Below are positions 13,145-39,199 of a DNA stretch of 64,000 nt, piece by piece. Within the stretch, counting starts at the first letter, position 1; the number at the start of each line of letters is the position of its first letter. The notes under the pieces are model-generated. The model had not been told where the DNA came from, did not search any database, and saw only the letters and a list, made by a program, of their open reading frames with translations. The stretch is from Yuukianura sp. NJ FZ-2021 (lineage: Eukaryota): the NCBI GenBank assembly GCA_046563655.1, contig CM102286.1, positions 7,564,001-7,628,000 of the forward strand, given 5' to 3'. The position numbers and the translations under genes were made by a program.

Positions 13145-14690
13145 ATGGGTTTTCTAACAATCGTCGTTCTCCTGCTGCTTTTCTATTTTTTACTATGTGT
13201 GTCCATTGTTCTGTTAGCCGACTCAGACATTTTGACTTTCCTTGCAGCAAAATTTGGAAAAAATCCAAGTGAGAAAATAAATCCAAAAATATTTTGGTTG
13301 CAATGAAGAATAATAATTATTAATTTCTCTTCATAATGGTGTAGGGAACGTATACGCTGGAAAAGTGATTTGGATCACAGGAGCTTCAAGTGGCATTGGA
13401 GAAGCAATTGCGAAAGAATTGGCAAAACATGGGGCTAAACTTGTTCTATCGGCAAGGCGAATTGATGACTTGAACCGCGTCAAACAACAATGCCTGGGTA
13501 TTGGAAATTCCGATTTTACCGCTAAGGTGTTGAACCAAACAGAAAAAGAATTGCTAACTTTAAAATCAATTCGGTTGTAACAAAGTAAATAAGGTAAACA
13601 CCTCAAATTAACATTTCCTGTTTTCAGCTATCAACCCTGCGCTTGCAGATGGTGACATTTTAGTCCTACCTTTTGATATGTGCGACCTTCCAGCGCATCA
13701 ACCCTCGTTCGATGCAGTTATGGATCGGTTTGGAGCAGTAAGTTTTAAAGCAAATTGAAATTAAGTGGAGTTAAAATTAAAACGAATTGGACAAATGTTA
13801 TAGGTTTTATAAAAATTGTGGATTTTAAGGTGGATGTGTTGGTGAGCAACGCTGGACGTTCACAAAGAGCTTATTTGCAGGACATTGACCTTGCCGTTGA
13901 CAAGGAACTGTTTGACCTCAACGTATTTTCTCTAGTTCACCTCAACCGAATTGTGCTCAAGTACTTTCTGTCAGTAGGCAAAGGGCAGATTGCAGTAAAC
14001 TCTAGTTTGTCAGGAATTATTGGCTCTCCATATTCAGCTTCGTACACAGGATCCAAGCATGCTATTCAAGTATTCAAAGTGCAATTCAATTTAATTCTGT
14101 TATTCGTCATGATACTTTGGTTTTATGAGTACTTTTATCTGCAGGGTTACTTTAAGAGCCTAAGGAACGAAGTCGGAAACGACATTCCAGTAACGATTCT
14201 TCTTCCTGGTCCAACTTTTTCGGGATTCCTGAGTGAAGCGTTCACGGCTGAAGCAGGAAAAGTAAACTATACGCTTAAAACTAAGCGATTTTGATTGAAC
14301 CTATTTTAATACTACGCTTGCATTAGTACTCTGTTTACATTGATACATCGCAAGGTTTTGTTTTGTTTTAGAAATTCGGAAAAGAAATACGTTCGACTGA
14401 CAGGAGAATGACGGCAGAACGATGTGCTTATCTATCTGTATTGGCAATGGCGAACAATATAGAAGAAGCGTGGATTGGCCTGTTTCCATTCGTTGGAATC
14501 GCATACCTCAACAGCTACGCTCCCTACATCTACTCAAAGTAAGAAAGTACTGCCAGATGCCATGTTACATTTGAAAATTTGCTTAAATTTTTAATTTGTT
14601 GAATTTTTCACTAGAGTTGAACTATACATGCGTAAACATGGATCCTTCATGAAAATGAGAGACAGCAGAGACACAATGCAGGAAAACTGA
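13145..14690 (+). CDS. DHRS7: Dehydrogenase/reductase SDR family member 7-like
   Basis: N-terminal hydrophobic anchor ending [14 protein letters not shown], then [18 protein letters not shown] (TGxxxGxG), [11 protein letters not shown] and catalytic YTGSK (YxxxK). Multi-exon; first exon 13145-13268, stop 14688-14690. Confidence 0.9.
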
Positions 14691-14901
14691 CTAAAAGAAA
14701 ACATGGACAATGAATTTCCCCGAAAATATAAAAATTCCATTAACATCATAAAAACTTTTACCGATTTTTAAGTTTTCAAACGATTTGATTTTTCTTGATT
14801 CTTGTTAAGTCGTTGACAAATTAGATCATATTTATGTGCTAGTTATTTTATGAACTTATTCTTGGGATTTCCAATGAAAGTTATCCTTCTTCGAATCTTC
14901 C

Positions 14902-17720
14902 TTAGTCGTATCTTGCCAGGCGACATGGGATTGGCCAAACCGTTTCCGAATCGAAGATGACTTTTGGCATGTTCCAGAAGTGCTCCATATGTTCCTTGGG
15001 AGTGCGCAGTGGTGGCAGACGTTGTTTACGCTTCATGAAGTACGCCAGCATTTCCGTTGTGGGAAAATACTTTTTTAATTCCTGTTCCAAATCGTTTTGC
15101 AAATCCTTGGCAGCCTCTTGAACCAGTAGTTGATCCGCTGGATCTTCGAACTCCAGCACATTCTGCACTATTGTGACTTCCTCAGGCTGAAAACAGAAAC
15201 AACCAATCCAGTTACAGATTAGCAGAATATTTTCAATGTTTAGCAATCGATTAATAAAACACTGGAACTGGCGACGTACCTGTGTAAACGGTACCAAAAC
15301 TGTTGACAGAATCCAAACTTTCTTGACGAATTCGTATAAACGATTTCTGAAGCCGTGAACAATTGGCAGGAGGTCAACTTCTCCTTCTTCCTTCCAAATC
15401 AATGACGTCCATTTCTCAATAGAACGCTAAAAAATTCACAGAAAAAAGATAGAGTACCGTATTTTCCCGTAGATAATACGCGTATTATCTATGAAATTTC
15501 AAGGAATTTGGGCGAGAATTTTTTTTTTAATTTTGAAATCAAAGAAAAATTTTCACTGTAGAACGTAATGATGCTTTAGCCACTAAACCTAAACTATTCT
15601 AACTTAACTAAACCTAATTTTTTGGAGAGATTGACCCGAGAGCATTTTTTTTCTGCCACGTACGCCCGAAAAATCTCCAACTTTTCTAACAAATCCTTCG
15701 GAAGTGACCAACCGCAGTACTTTATCGTACTGAAAACTTGTTTCTTTTCATGAATCTGACATACCAACCATCACCCGCGCAAAACTCGGGTAATTCCTTT
15801 CATTTGTGTAGTGCCAAAGCCATACATTTCATGGAGTGTAGCGTAAATTTCATAAGTTTAAATGAGAATTGGTTAACGTTGATTTTAAATTTGAAAGAGT
15901 CCTGTACCTTACTGAAGTCCCTGTTACCCGGGCTCTCAGGTTACGTTTTAGAAAAAGTCGACTCACTAAACTAGAAGCTTGAACTCGGCGGTGTACGATT
16001 TTCGTAACATCTTTTGTTTAGGATTCATGGTTGGTTAAGGTCAAAAGTATAAATTAAATGCGTACATTTAAATTAAAAAAAGTTTCCAGAAAAATGAATT
16101 ATTCTTAGATTGGGAAGCTTAATACGCGTTTTTCCCGCCCAAACCCAGTTTTAGTAAATTTTTAGACTGCGTACTATACACGGGAGCGTATTATAGACGC
16201 GAAAATACGGTAATTCAAAATTTCTTCACTATTAATAACTAATTTTAATTAAATGTAGGTTTATGATTTCTTCAAAGACAATAAGAAGTTCGTTCGTCCA
16301 AAATAGTGTTGTATTGGAAAAAAAGCGTGCGAGACAATGCGGGAAATAGGAACATTTAAAAAAGGACGAAAAAAGAGATTGATCTAGGAAAATATAAAGG
16401 CAAAAAAAAAATCTAAGCGAACCAAATTCCAAATCAAAAGAACGGCAGATAAAGTTGACGAAGAGAAATAGAATCGTCAGTCAACAAGGAGCAAGGAAGG
16501 TTTTTGGAGTCAAAAATCGCAAATTCTTCATTTTATATTTGGATCTTGTAAATTTGATTTACAAAGGACTCGGAGTCAGAGGTAATTTTAAACGACTTTT
16601 GATTTTTGTTTCAAAATGTAACGAAACGAATAGCTCTCAATTTGCTTCAATTTACCTACAGCACAGCTGTACTGGAACGGAGGGCCTCAGAGGAAACTAC
16701 ACTACACTACACTTCTTGTAGAAGTCGCCGCATTAATCGACACATCGGGAGTTGCAAATTTGAGCAATTTTTGTACTTGGTAAGCTATTTTTTAATCAGA
16801 GAAAGTTAGTTATTAGAATTAGACAAAGGTAACTTGAAACAAGCGTTTCCCACCCGTCTGGCTAGTGTTCGTTTGTTCCTCGGTTCTGTCCCATGCTTAT
16901 AACCAACGTTCCGTAACTTTGTAAAAATGATTTTTATACTGGAAAATTGGCTGATGTTCGCAACGTAATCAGTCATTCATAATCAATCATAATACGAACG
17001 ATGGATTCAGATTTTAGACTTTGTTGTACAAAACTTACCGCGAATACGCGTACGTAACTTAGAATTTTCATTCCTACACGGAAATGGTTTTTGGTGATGT
17101 CACTGATTATGATTTCATCTTCTGCCTCAGGGACTGGAACAGGATCGGAATCTTGGAATTCATTGGCACAGGCTTGAATATACTTGTTCAAGGTATCCTC
17201 TGATCCCTATGAATCGTCACATAAAGGTTTAATTGCTTTAGGTCTCGTTTTGATTCAGTTATAGGTTGACTTCTCTCACCTCGATAAGCTGTAGGAAGTA
17301 GTTGGGATAAACGGCTAGAAAGCCAGTGGCAGGCTCATCGTAGCAGCCAGCATTGATATCATTAATTAGTCTGTCTGTGAACTTCATTAGATTCTCCGGT
17401 GTAACCTCATGGGAACCAACTACCGTCATCCTGTAGATGAACGTTTTCTAAGGAAAGAAATCGAGAAAGGCAAAAAGTTTAAGGAATTCTCTTAGCCGGG
17501 CTTCGGAACGCTACGCTGCTAGTGCTAGCCTAGCTAGGACTTCGGTTTAATCAGAATCAGTTACCGATTCCGCACTGGTCATGTTGGATTCTATGTGCTC
17601 AAAGATACTTTTTCGTTTCATCACTGAAGCTGTGGCGCCTGTGGACTCTTCCACTTTCTTGTTAGATTCCACACCTCCGCCATCCTCTTTCTGATTTATG
17701 GGGGCAACGTTCTGGTTCAT
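14902..17720 (-). CDS. TEX47: Testis-expressed protein 47-like (C7orf62 family)
   Basis: Five in-phase exons starting MNQNVAP at 17720. Contains FIYRMTVVG, ATGFLAVYPNYFLQLIEGSEDTL, RSIEKW and C-terminal PKVIFDSETVWPIP, matching my recall of TEX47 motifs (TGLLLIYP..LHILE; LDSEVVWP). Confidence 0.72.
15457..16210. mobile_element. Tc1/mariner-pogo-type MITE (~754 bp) in a TEX47-like intron
   Basis: 25-bp TIRs CCGTATTTTC[C/G]CGT[AG/CT]ATAATACGC, flanked by TA on both sides (15455-56, 16211-12). No transposase ORF. Confidence 0.85.
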
Positions 17721-18226
17721 TGTTCAGGCCTCTGTCTGTTGCTGCCGGCTTCAACTTCTGATTGTTGTTAGTGAGCAGGAGTGTGAACAGTGTTCAGGAA
17801 AAACAAGGTCAAATGTTGTCAGTGTTCCAGTACACAACAAATTAGAAAATAAGTTCAGTTCGGCAATACAGTGGGAATAGTATCAACCGGTTTGCTTTGT
17901 TTGATCGATGCATTTTGGTGGTTTTAGTAGTGTGGTCGTCATGACACTGGGTATGAACTTTTTCAACCTCGGTAGAATTGCGATGTAGGGAAATTCTAAG
18001 TTAGCTAGGAGGTGACAAATTTGCCGTTTAACCATGAGGTAGCTGGATTTTCATAAATATGGTTTAGTTGCTTCTGTAGAAGGACAGTTTTGCTTTGTCA
18101 CTTTTCACCTAACTTTCTTTATTTCTTTCTTAATAATTTTTCCAAACAAACGCCATCCCCCCTGTCATATTTATTCATTGTACAATTTCAAACAAACTTT
18201 TCTTTGACTTGGAAGTTACCACCACA

Positions 18227-18922
18227 ATGGCCGGAATAGCTACGGATGATGCCACTGCTGGACGCCTTCGAGACGGAGACTGGATATGTGAGGATCCGGA
18301 ATGCGGGAACATAAATTTTGCAAGACGGAGTACCTGTAATCGATGCAAAAAGGATAAACCATTTGACAAAACAAAGAAGGCACTGGGAACAGAAATCGGG
18401 AAAGCTGCTGCAGCCAAGAGTAGAGGACTCTTCAGTGCCGATGACTGGGAATGTTCTAAATGTGCAAATGTCAACTGGGCTCGACGTTCAACTTGTAACC
18501 TCTGTAACACTCCAAAGTTTGGTGAAGTGGAAGAACGAACTGGTTATGGTGGTGGATACAATGACCGGGGTGTGGTTGAATACATTGAACGAGAAGACTC
18601 TGACGACGAGTACGACGAATTTGGAAGAAAGAAGAAAAAGTTCAGGAAGTTATCAAGCTCAGGAGACGACGAAGCCAAAGACTCATCATCATCAACTAAG
18701 AAACAACGTCTGGATGACGATTCTCCAACGACGTCAAAACAATCCTCATCTTCCTTAAGATCTCCTGAACGTCAACAAGACAAAGACAAAACCAAGGAGG
18801 CTGAAAAAGATGGAGCAGAAGATGAAGAAAATGAAGACGAAGAAGAAGATGATGATGATGACGATGGTGACCTGTCAAAGTATGACCTTTCAGGATGGGG
18901 GGATGGCGACGACGATAAATAA
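18227..18922 (+). CDS. ZRANB2: Zinc finger Ran-binding domain-containing protein 2-like (intronless CDS)
   Basis: Two RanBP2-type fingers ([44 protein letters not shown]), [25 protein letters not shown], acidic stretch and DLSKYDL. Confidence 0.93.
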   Translation: MAGIATDDATAGRLRDGDWICEDPECGNINFARRSTCNRCKKDKPFDKTKKALGTEIGKAAAAKSRGLFSADDWECSKCANVNWARRSTCNLCNTPKFGEVEERTGYGGGYNDRGVVEYIEREDSDDEYDEFGRKKKKFRKLSSSGDDEAKDSSSSTKKQRLDDDSPTTSKQSSSSLRSPERQQDKDKTKEAEKDGAEDEENEDEEEDDDDDDGDLSKYDLSGWGDGDDDK

Positions 18923-19290
18923 ATCCACCCGGCCCACTAATTTGATCATTTTATATCATCAGCCATGCAGCCTAAACTAAAGTCTTCTTGTTTCCTTCAT
19001 CTTCCTCCAGCCTTCTGAAATTTTGTCAGTTTAACTGACCTTAGCTTTCTGTCGGTAGTTACTAAAGCATGCTGTCGAAGCTATTCCAGGAAAGTAAGGT
19101 TGGTATCTAAAAGGTCCGTTATTGATTTTATGCCTGGCTCTTCTAATCCGTAATCACTGTGTAGCAATAATAAATTAAGGTTTCTGTTACCCCGAGTAAA
19201 GCTTCAGACTGATAGTATTTTAACTTTTGTGGCTTTTTTAATGGTTTCAGAACACCTAGGATCACTTACGTTTCTAAACGTTCCAGGAGG

Positions 19291-20358
19291 ATGCGGAAAT
19301 GGAAATGTTTTGTTCAGGGTCCTGGATTGCATGACGAGTTGGCTCAGTATGACACTGTCGGTACGTCTCTGGCTGTTTCCACTACATCGTCATCTGAACA
19401 AGCAGCATCGCAGGGGCAATCTGCGAAGGAATTCTACGAGCAGATAATTAGTGAGCCTTCGACGTCCACCGTTAGCCTAGCAACTTCCAGTTCTCCAGAA
19501 CTAGCTTCAGCATCGTCCAGTAGCAGTGATGTGGTGACTACGAACCCGAAACCCAGTCCTAAAACGCTGTTGCAGTTGATGGCACTTTGCGAGAGCAACG
19601 CAGTTAAAGAACTGGAGGAATATTTTGCTGCTTATATTGACGAGACAGACATCGATTCCTGTGACCAGTATGGCTACACCTTGCTCATGACCGCTGCAGT
19701 CGCTGACTCGTTAGAAACCGTTGAGTTGCTTCTAAAACTCGGTTCGGATTGGTCCTTCTGTGAACGAAGTGGTTTAACGGCCTTTGAGTTGGCACAGAAA
19801 CATCGCAGAGGAAGGATTTGCGATCTGATTCGTGATTGGGTTTCGTCAGTTCAAAATCGGGCGGAAGGGGAGACAGACGAGGACAATTCAAATCCTGGCG
19901 CTTCCGAGATTGCCAGTACTCGTGACAGTTATTGTGATGCGTGTGGTGTTCTGTTCAAAAATATGACTCAACATGACAGATCTATAGCCCATTTAGTTTG
20001 TACGCATTTCCCAGGATCCGAACGAACACATTACGGTATCCCTGAAAGTAATAAGGGGTTTCAGCTAATGTTAAGAAGTGGATGGGACCGTGGTGGCTTG
20101 GGACAGAACGCTGAAGGACGAAAATTCCCTGTAAAAACTGTTTTGAAAAGAGATAGGAAAGGGCTAGGGGTTGATGAAGTTAAAAAAGTTGCAAAAGTGA
20201 CACACTTTGATCCGTTTGACACAGCCGCCGTGGAGTCACAGTCGCACAAACGAACAGAAGCAGCAAGGACTATCAATAAGAACGAATCTGAGAAACAACG
20301 TACCAAGGAACGTACGAAGGAGATCAATTTTAGGCGGGATTTCTACGGTACCGATTGA
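19291..20358 (+). CDS. GPANK1: G-patch domain and ankyrin repeat-containing protein 1-like (single exon)
   Basis: Ankyrin repeats (DQYGYTLLMTAA..., GLTAFELA), C2H2-like finger (YCDACG...HDRSIAH) and G-patch (SNKGFQLMLRSGWDRGGLGQNAEGRKFPVKTVLKRDRKGLG). Confidence 0.92.
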   Translation: MRKWKCFVQGPGLHDELAQYDTVGTSLAVSTTSSSEQAASQGQSAKEFYEQIISEPSTSTVSLATSSSPELASASSSSSDVVTTNPKPSPKTLLQLMALCESNAVKELEEYFAAYIDETDIDSCDQYGYTLLMTAAVADSLETVELLLKLGSDWSFCERSGLTAFELAQKHRRGRICDLIRDWVSSVQNRAEGETDEDNSNPGASEIASTRDSYCDACGVLFKNMTQHDRSIAHLVCTHFPGSERTHYGIPESNKGFQLMLRSGWDRGGLGQNAEGRKFPVKTVLKRDRKGLGVDEVKKVAKVTHFDPFDTAAVESQSHKRTEAARTINKNESEKQRTKERTKEINFRRDFYGTD

Positions 20359-20403
20359 CTGAGCAGAAGTAAACGCGCAGACGCAGGAAGCTTCAGATTC
20401 AAG

Positions 20404-20890
20404 ATGACGAAGAAAGTGAATGAAACTGAGGAGATGAAGCGCATGATTTCACATTTGGCGGACATGGAAGAACGAGCTGAGAAAATTATCGCCAGTAAAC
20501 ACGATTTGATTGAATTGGATAAAATGAAAAACAACAACCGCGTAGCCCTGCGTCAACTGAAAAAATTAGATGAAGACAAAACATGGATAGCAATGGGAAA
20601 TACTTTGTTTCGTTTGAAAACTGAAGCGGCCATGCAGTTCCTGGAAGAAGGTAATTAAGTTTGGACAGTTTGACCGCTATTAGTACACGCAAGATTTGAA
20701 AATACTGATGTTGCTATGTTTCTTAGAGCAAGTAAAAGTTAACAAATCGATGGAAGATATTCGGAAGGAAACGAAAGTGCATGTTGACAAGTTGCGAGAC
20801 CTTGAAGGAAAGCCGCCATTGAAGGGATTCAATCTGAAACCGTTAGCACACGATGAGCTTGACGTCGTTTACGAAACTCTGAAGAAGTGA
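20404..20890 (+). CDS. PDRG1: p53 and DNA damage-regulated protein 1-like (prefoldin-like), 2 exons
   Basis: Exons 20404-20650 and 20727-20890 join in phase 1. Motifs NNNRVALRQL, KTWIAMGNTLFRL, LRDLEGKPPLKGFNLKPL. Confidence 0.9.
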
Positions 20891-20981
20891 ATAAAGATCA
20901 GTTAAGGGTTCGTTAACAATTAACTTAAACGTAATATGTAGTAATACATATTCTTTACTTGGAACATTTTTGGAGTTCACG

Positions 20982-21999
20982 TTAACTTGCAGAGTATGGT
21001 CTGGCCGTATAAGCTTTCAGTTTGTTTGGGCCGTAAAGTTCTCTAATTTTGTTAAACATGTAACGAAAAAAGAATAAAAGGTTATCGAATTCTCCAGAAT
21101 AAGCGCTAGAAACGTAAACACAGTGGTATGTCTTAAAGAAGTAGTATATAGCTTCGATTGTTGATAAGTGCGTGGACGGGTTGCCATTATGATATCGCCA
21201 AAACAGTGACTCGATTCCTTTGAGTTTTATCTTCTTTACCCCTGAAAGTACAATACGTATATTAATTAACAGTTGAACTAATGGATTAGTAGTTAGCTAT
21301 AAATCAATAGATGAAGAGAATAGTTACTGATTAATCGATCGTCGTGGGAGATCTTATAGGTTTGATTCCACGTTGAGTCAATAAATACGACTCTCTCGTA
21401 AGGAAACTTCCCATCGTTTTCGGATTTTGTTCGTTCCATAAATTCTTCAGCATCTTCGGCATCGTCAGATGGAAAGATTAAAATACTCTGGGGAAAAGCA
21501 TTAATTCGGGTCAACTCAAGAGCATGAACATAATGTTTCCAACAACACTGTTATAAGACTCACATTTTCAAGGTCCGGCAAATCCGGATAGGTGTACACT
21601 TGCGTAGAACTCGGAGCAAGTATGGTGGCATGTATAGCAGTACTCTTTCCGTCAAGTTCTTGCCGATGCTTGACGACGGCAACTTTCACAGGTAACTGCA
21701 AACGAAACAGAGATCAGGATTGCTTCCAAACTATAACGGGAAATTAAATTGTCGCAACGAGTGACAATTTATTTTTCCGTGTGACTCATAGGTTCACTCA
21801 CTTGAAGTTGAGGTATCCGATTTTTAAGTGGGTCCATAGGTACGAAGCAAGTGTAGCAAAAGAATTTCCTGGAGCGTAGACATCCTGGACATGTGGATCG
21901 CCCTTCAATTTCGTCCAAAAAATCCGATGAGGCGATTGTGAAGTCTTTGAAGGCAGTTAAAGTATCAACTTCCGTCATACGCCCGCCATTGACAGTCAT
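20982..21999 (-). CDS. DTWD1: DTW domain-containing protein 1 (tRNA-uridine aminocarboxypropyltransferase), 4 exons
   Basis: RSTCPGCLRSRKFFCYTC, KHRQELDGKSTAIHA, VVFIDSTWNQ (DxTW), SLFWRYH, LSTIEAIYYF and FDNLLFFF. Exons splice in phase; stop at 20984-20982. Confidence 0.92.
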
Positions 22000-22539
22000 A
22001 CCTAACTAATGGAAATAACGGAAACTATCAATCCTCGTTATGTGTTCATCATCAATCTTAACTTAAGACACGTATTAAACTATAAATTACCTCGTCAATT
22101 CAACAACAGTGTGAGAAGTGTGAGAATCTCTTTTATCTCTTGACAGTCTTGTATCCAACACGACAACGATTTAGTTGTCGTCAATGAATACAACTTAAGT
22201 AATCAATCGTGAATCAAGATTCTCTCATCCAAGCTCTCTCAGCTGTCAGTTTAGTTTCAGTTGCCGCAAAGTCTTTGTTCCCGCTCAGGGCATACTCAAG
22301 CCTCAAGCGTCTGTTCGATTATCATCATTTTCCAACAAAAATAGAATAAAAATCATATGCATACAGTTATCGCCGGGGATTAGACGCTCCTCCTAGGGAA
22401 TTGGGGTTTGGGCTTGGCGTTATCCCGCAATCCCCGGGAATTTGAGTGGGATATTCGGAGCTCTGGCGCGGCGTGTTTTACCTAACGTGGGCGCAACAGC
22501 GGCTGCGCAAACCCAGAATTCAGTATTACACCCGTGCAT

Positions 22540-22715
22540 TCCCAAGAATTAGCTCTATTCAATGTATTCAAGTCAAAATTTTGGGTATTCAAATGAATTA
22601 GCTTAGCAGTTCCTCGTGAAAACGTTTTAGGTACTCCTGAGATTTAGCAGCATCTCATCAAGACGAAATTTTTAGGTATTCCTGAGAGTTAGCAGTATAT
22701 GTTCAAAGCGAAACA
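22540..22715. repeat. Degenerate ~45-bp tandem repeat (3-4 copies), possibly a TE remnant
   Basis: ttt(t)[a/g]ggta[t/c]tc recurs at ~22581, 22625 and 22670, each followed by ttagc. Confidence 0.5.
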
Positions 22716-22873
22716 TAAACCCGATTCCCATTATATGACAGTTTATTGACTGATACTTAGAAAGGTTAATTGAAAATAGTTTTGTACGTAAAAATTAAAC
22801 GAAACGCTTTCTGATTCAGTAAAAAATAAATAACATGTATAAAAATGTAATTCACGCGGTTTCATGATGAATG

Positions 22874-29468
<6,595 letters not shown>

Positions 29469-30140
29469 GACGCTACAGATTTGGTCACTTTTGGAAGGTA
29501 GAGGTGACAACTTTGAAAGTGTTGTGATTGGTCAAGTCACTACTGATGAATGCTCACTCATGCGAAATGTGTGAGCTTTTACGAAGTTTTTATGAAGAGG
29601 AACAGAACACGCGCTTGATCATGAGATAGTTTTTGAGATACGATTTGCAGAGAACGCTTTAAAAAGCTCACGCGTCGATTAGTCAAGCCAAACACTGACT
29701 CGGGTTTTCAGTTTCCGTGTAAAGGAGTTAGCGTCGCCCAAAGTTTTTAATGCCTTGCCACTTGAATACAGTAATGATGACGCTAACTTTGATTAAACCA
29801 CCATACAAATTTCTGTTATCGTGGAATAACTGTTATATGGAATGGAATTTTTAGAAACCTCATGTTAAGGTCACACGACCAAGTCCTGTGTTGTTTTTTG
29901 AGTAATTAGGAACCGCGTGGTCCACGGTGAGCGGTGAGTAAACTAAAATTAGTAGCTGGCTACCGACGCCCAATTTGTCATAAATCGAACGTGGCAATGG
30001 ATTAAATGAAAAGTGTAGTTGTAACATGCGTTGAATTTAAATAGAGCACTTCAGGTTTATTTTTAAAGGAAATATCAAGGTCACAAACGATATCCACTAA
30101 ATAAATAAATGCAAAAAAATTTTACGATTCGAAAGGATTT

Positions 30141-38454
<8,314 letters not shown>

Positions 38455-39199
38455 TGCAAATACGCTGATGAATTGTAATTACTCAAAATTGGCAAAAAGT
38501 GACTGGAGATGCTAGAGCAGCACAAGTCTTTGGCAGATCGCTCCTGGTGTACTTGATTTGACTGAAATATCCGGAAGTTCAACAACGACGCGAGGCAAGG
38601 CCAGTGCAAGTTCGAATTGTAAATTATTTTATGAAGTTCCGTTTGATATGTAAAATCTCCAGTGAAACACCTGGAAAACAGAACCAAATACATTAACTTA
38701 ATCGCCTGTTTTTTAAATTTAAACACGAATACTCAACGACAACAATCGAGGACCTAGATAAACAACATTAATATGCAAGTACATGAGCTTCAACATAAGA
38801 AGATTCTCATGTAAGTCAACAAACTATACACGGAGGTTGTTAATTTTAATTTATTTCCAATGATTTTGTATTACGTTGGAAGCATGATCATAATTTAACG
38901 GCAATTAATAATCTTAAAGTCTAAAGATATTTTGAGATTAGTTAACAAATCAAATTATCCTAGGCCATTAAACAGTTGACACGAAATTATTTCTGTTCAA
39001 AGTTCAAATCCCTGAGAAATCTCTGTCAAGAACTGTGAAGAAAACGTAACTAAATCAGAGCATTATAATTTAAGTTATCCATACTTTGATACAATTCAAG
39101 GTAACCTAACTTTTAGTATATGTTATTCTTACCAAGCAATCCGAATTACCACACCGTAAATAAGAATAAGTTAATTGTGATTAATAAAGCAGAGTTCAT

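Noticed and set aside
20356..20358. GPANK1 TGA as selenocysteine
   Set aside because: It falls at the expected protein end, these families are not known selenoproteins, and I could not see a SECIS downstream.
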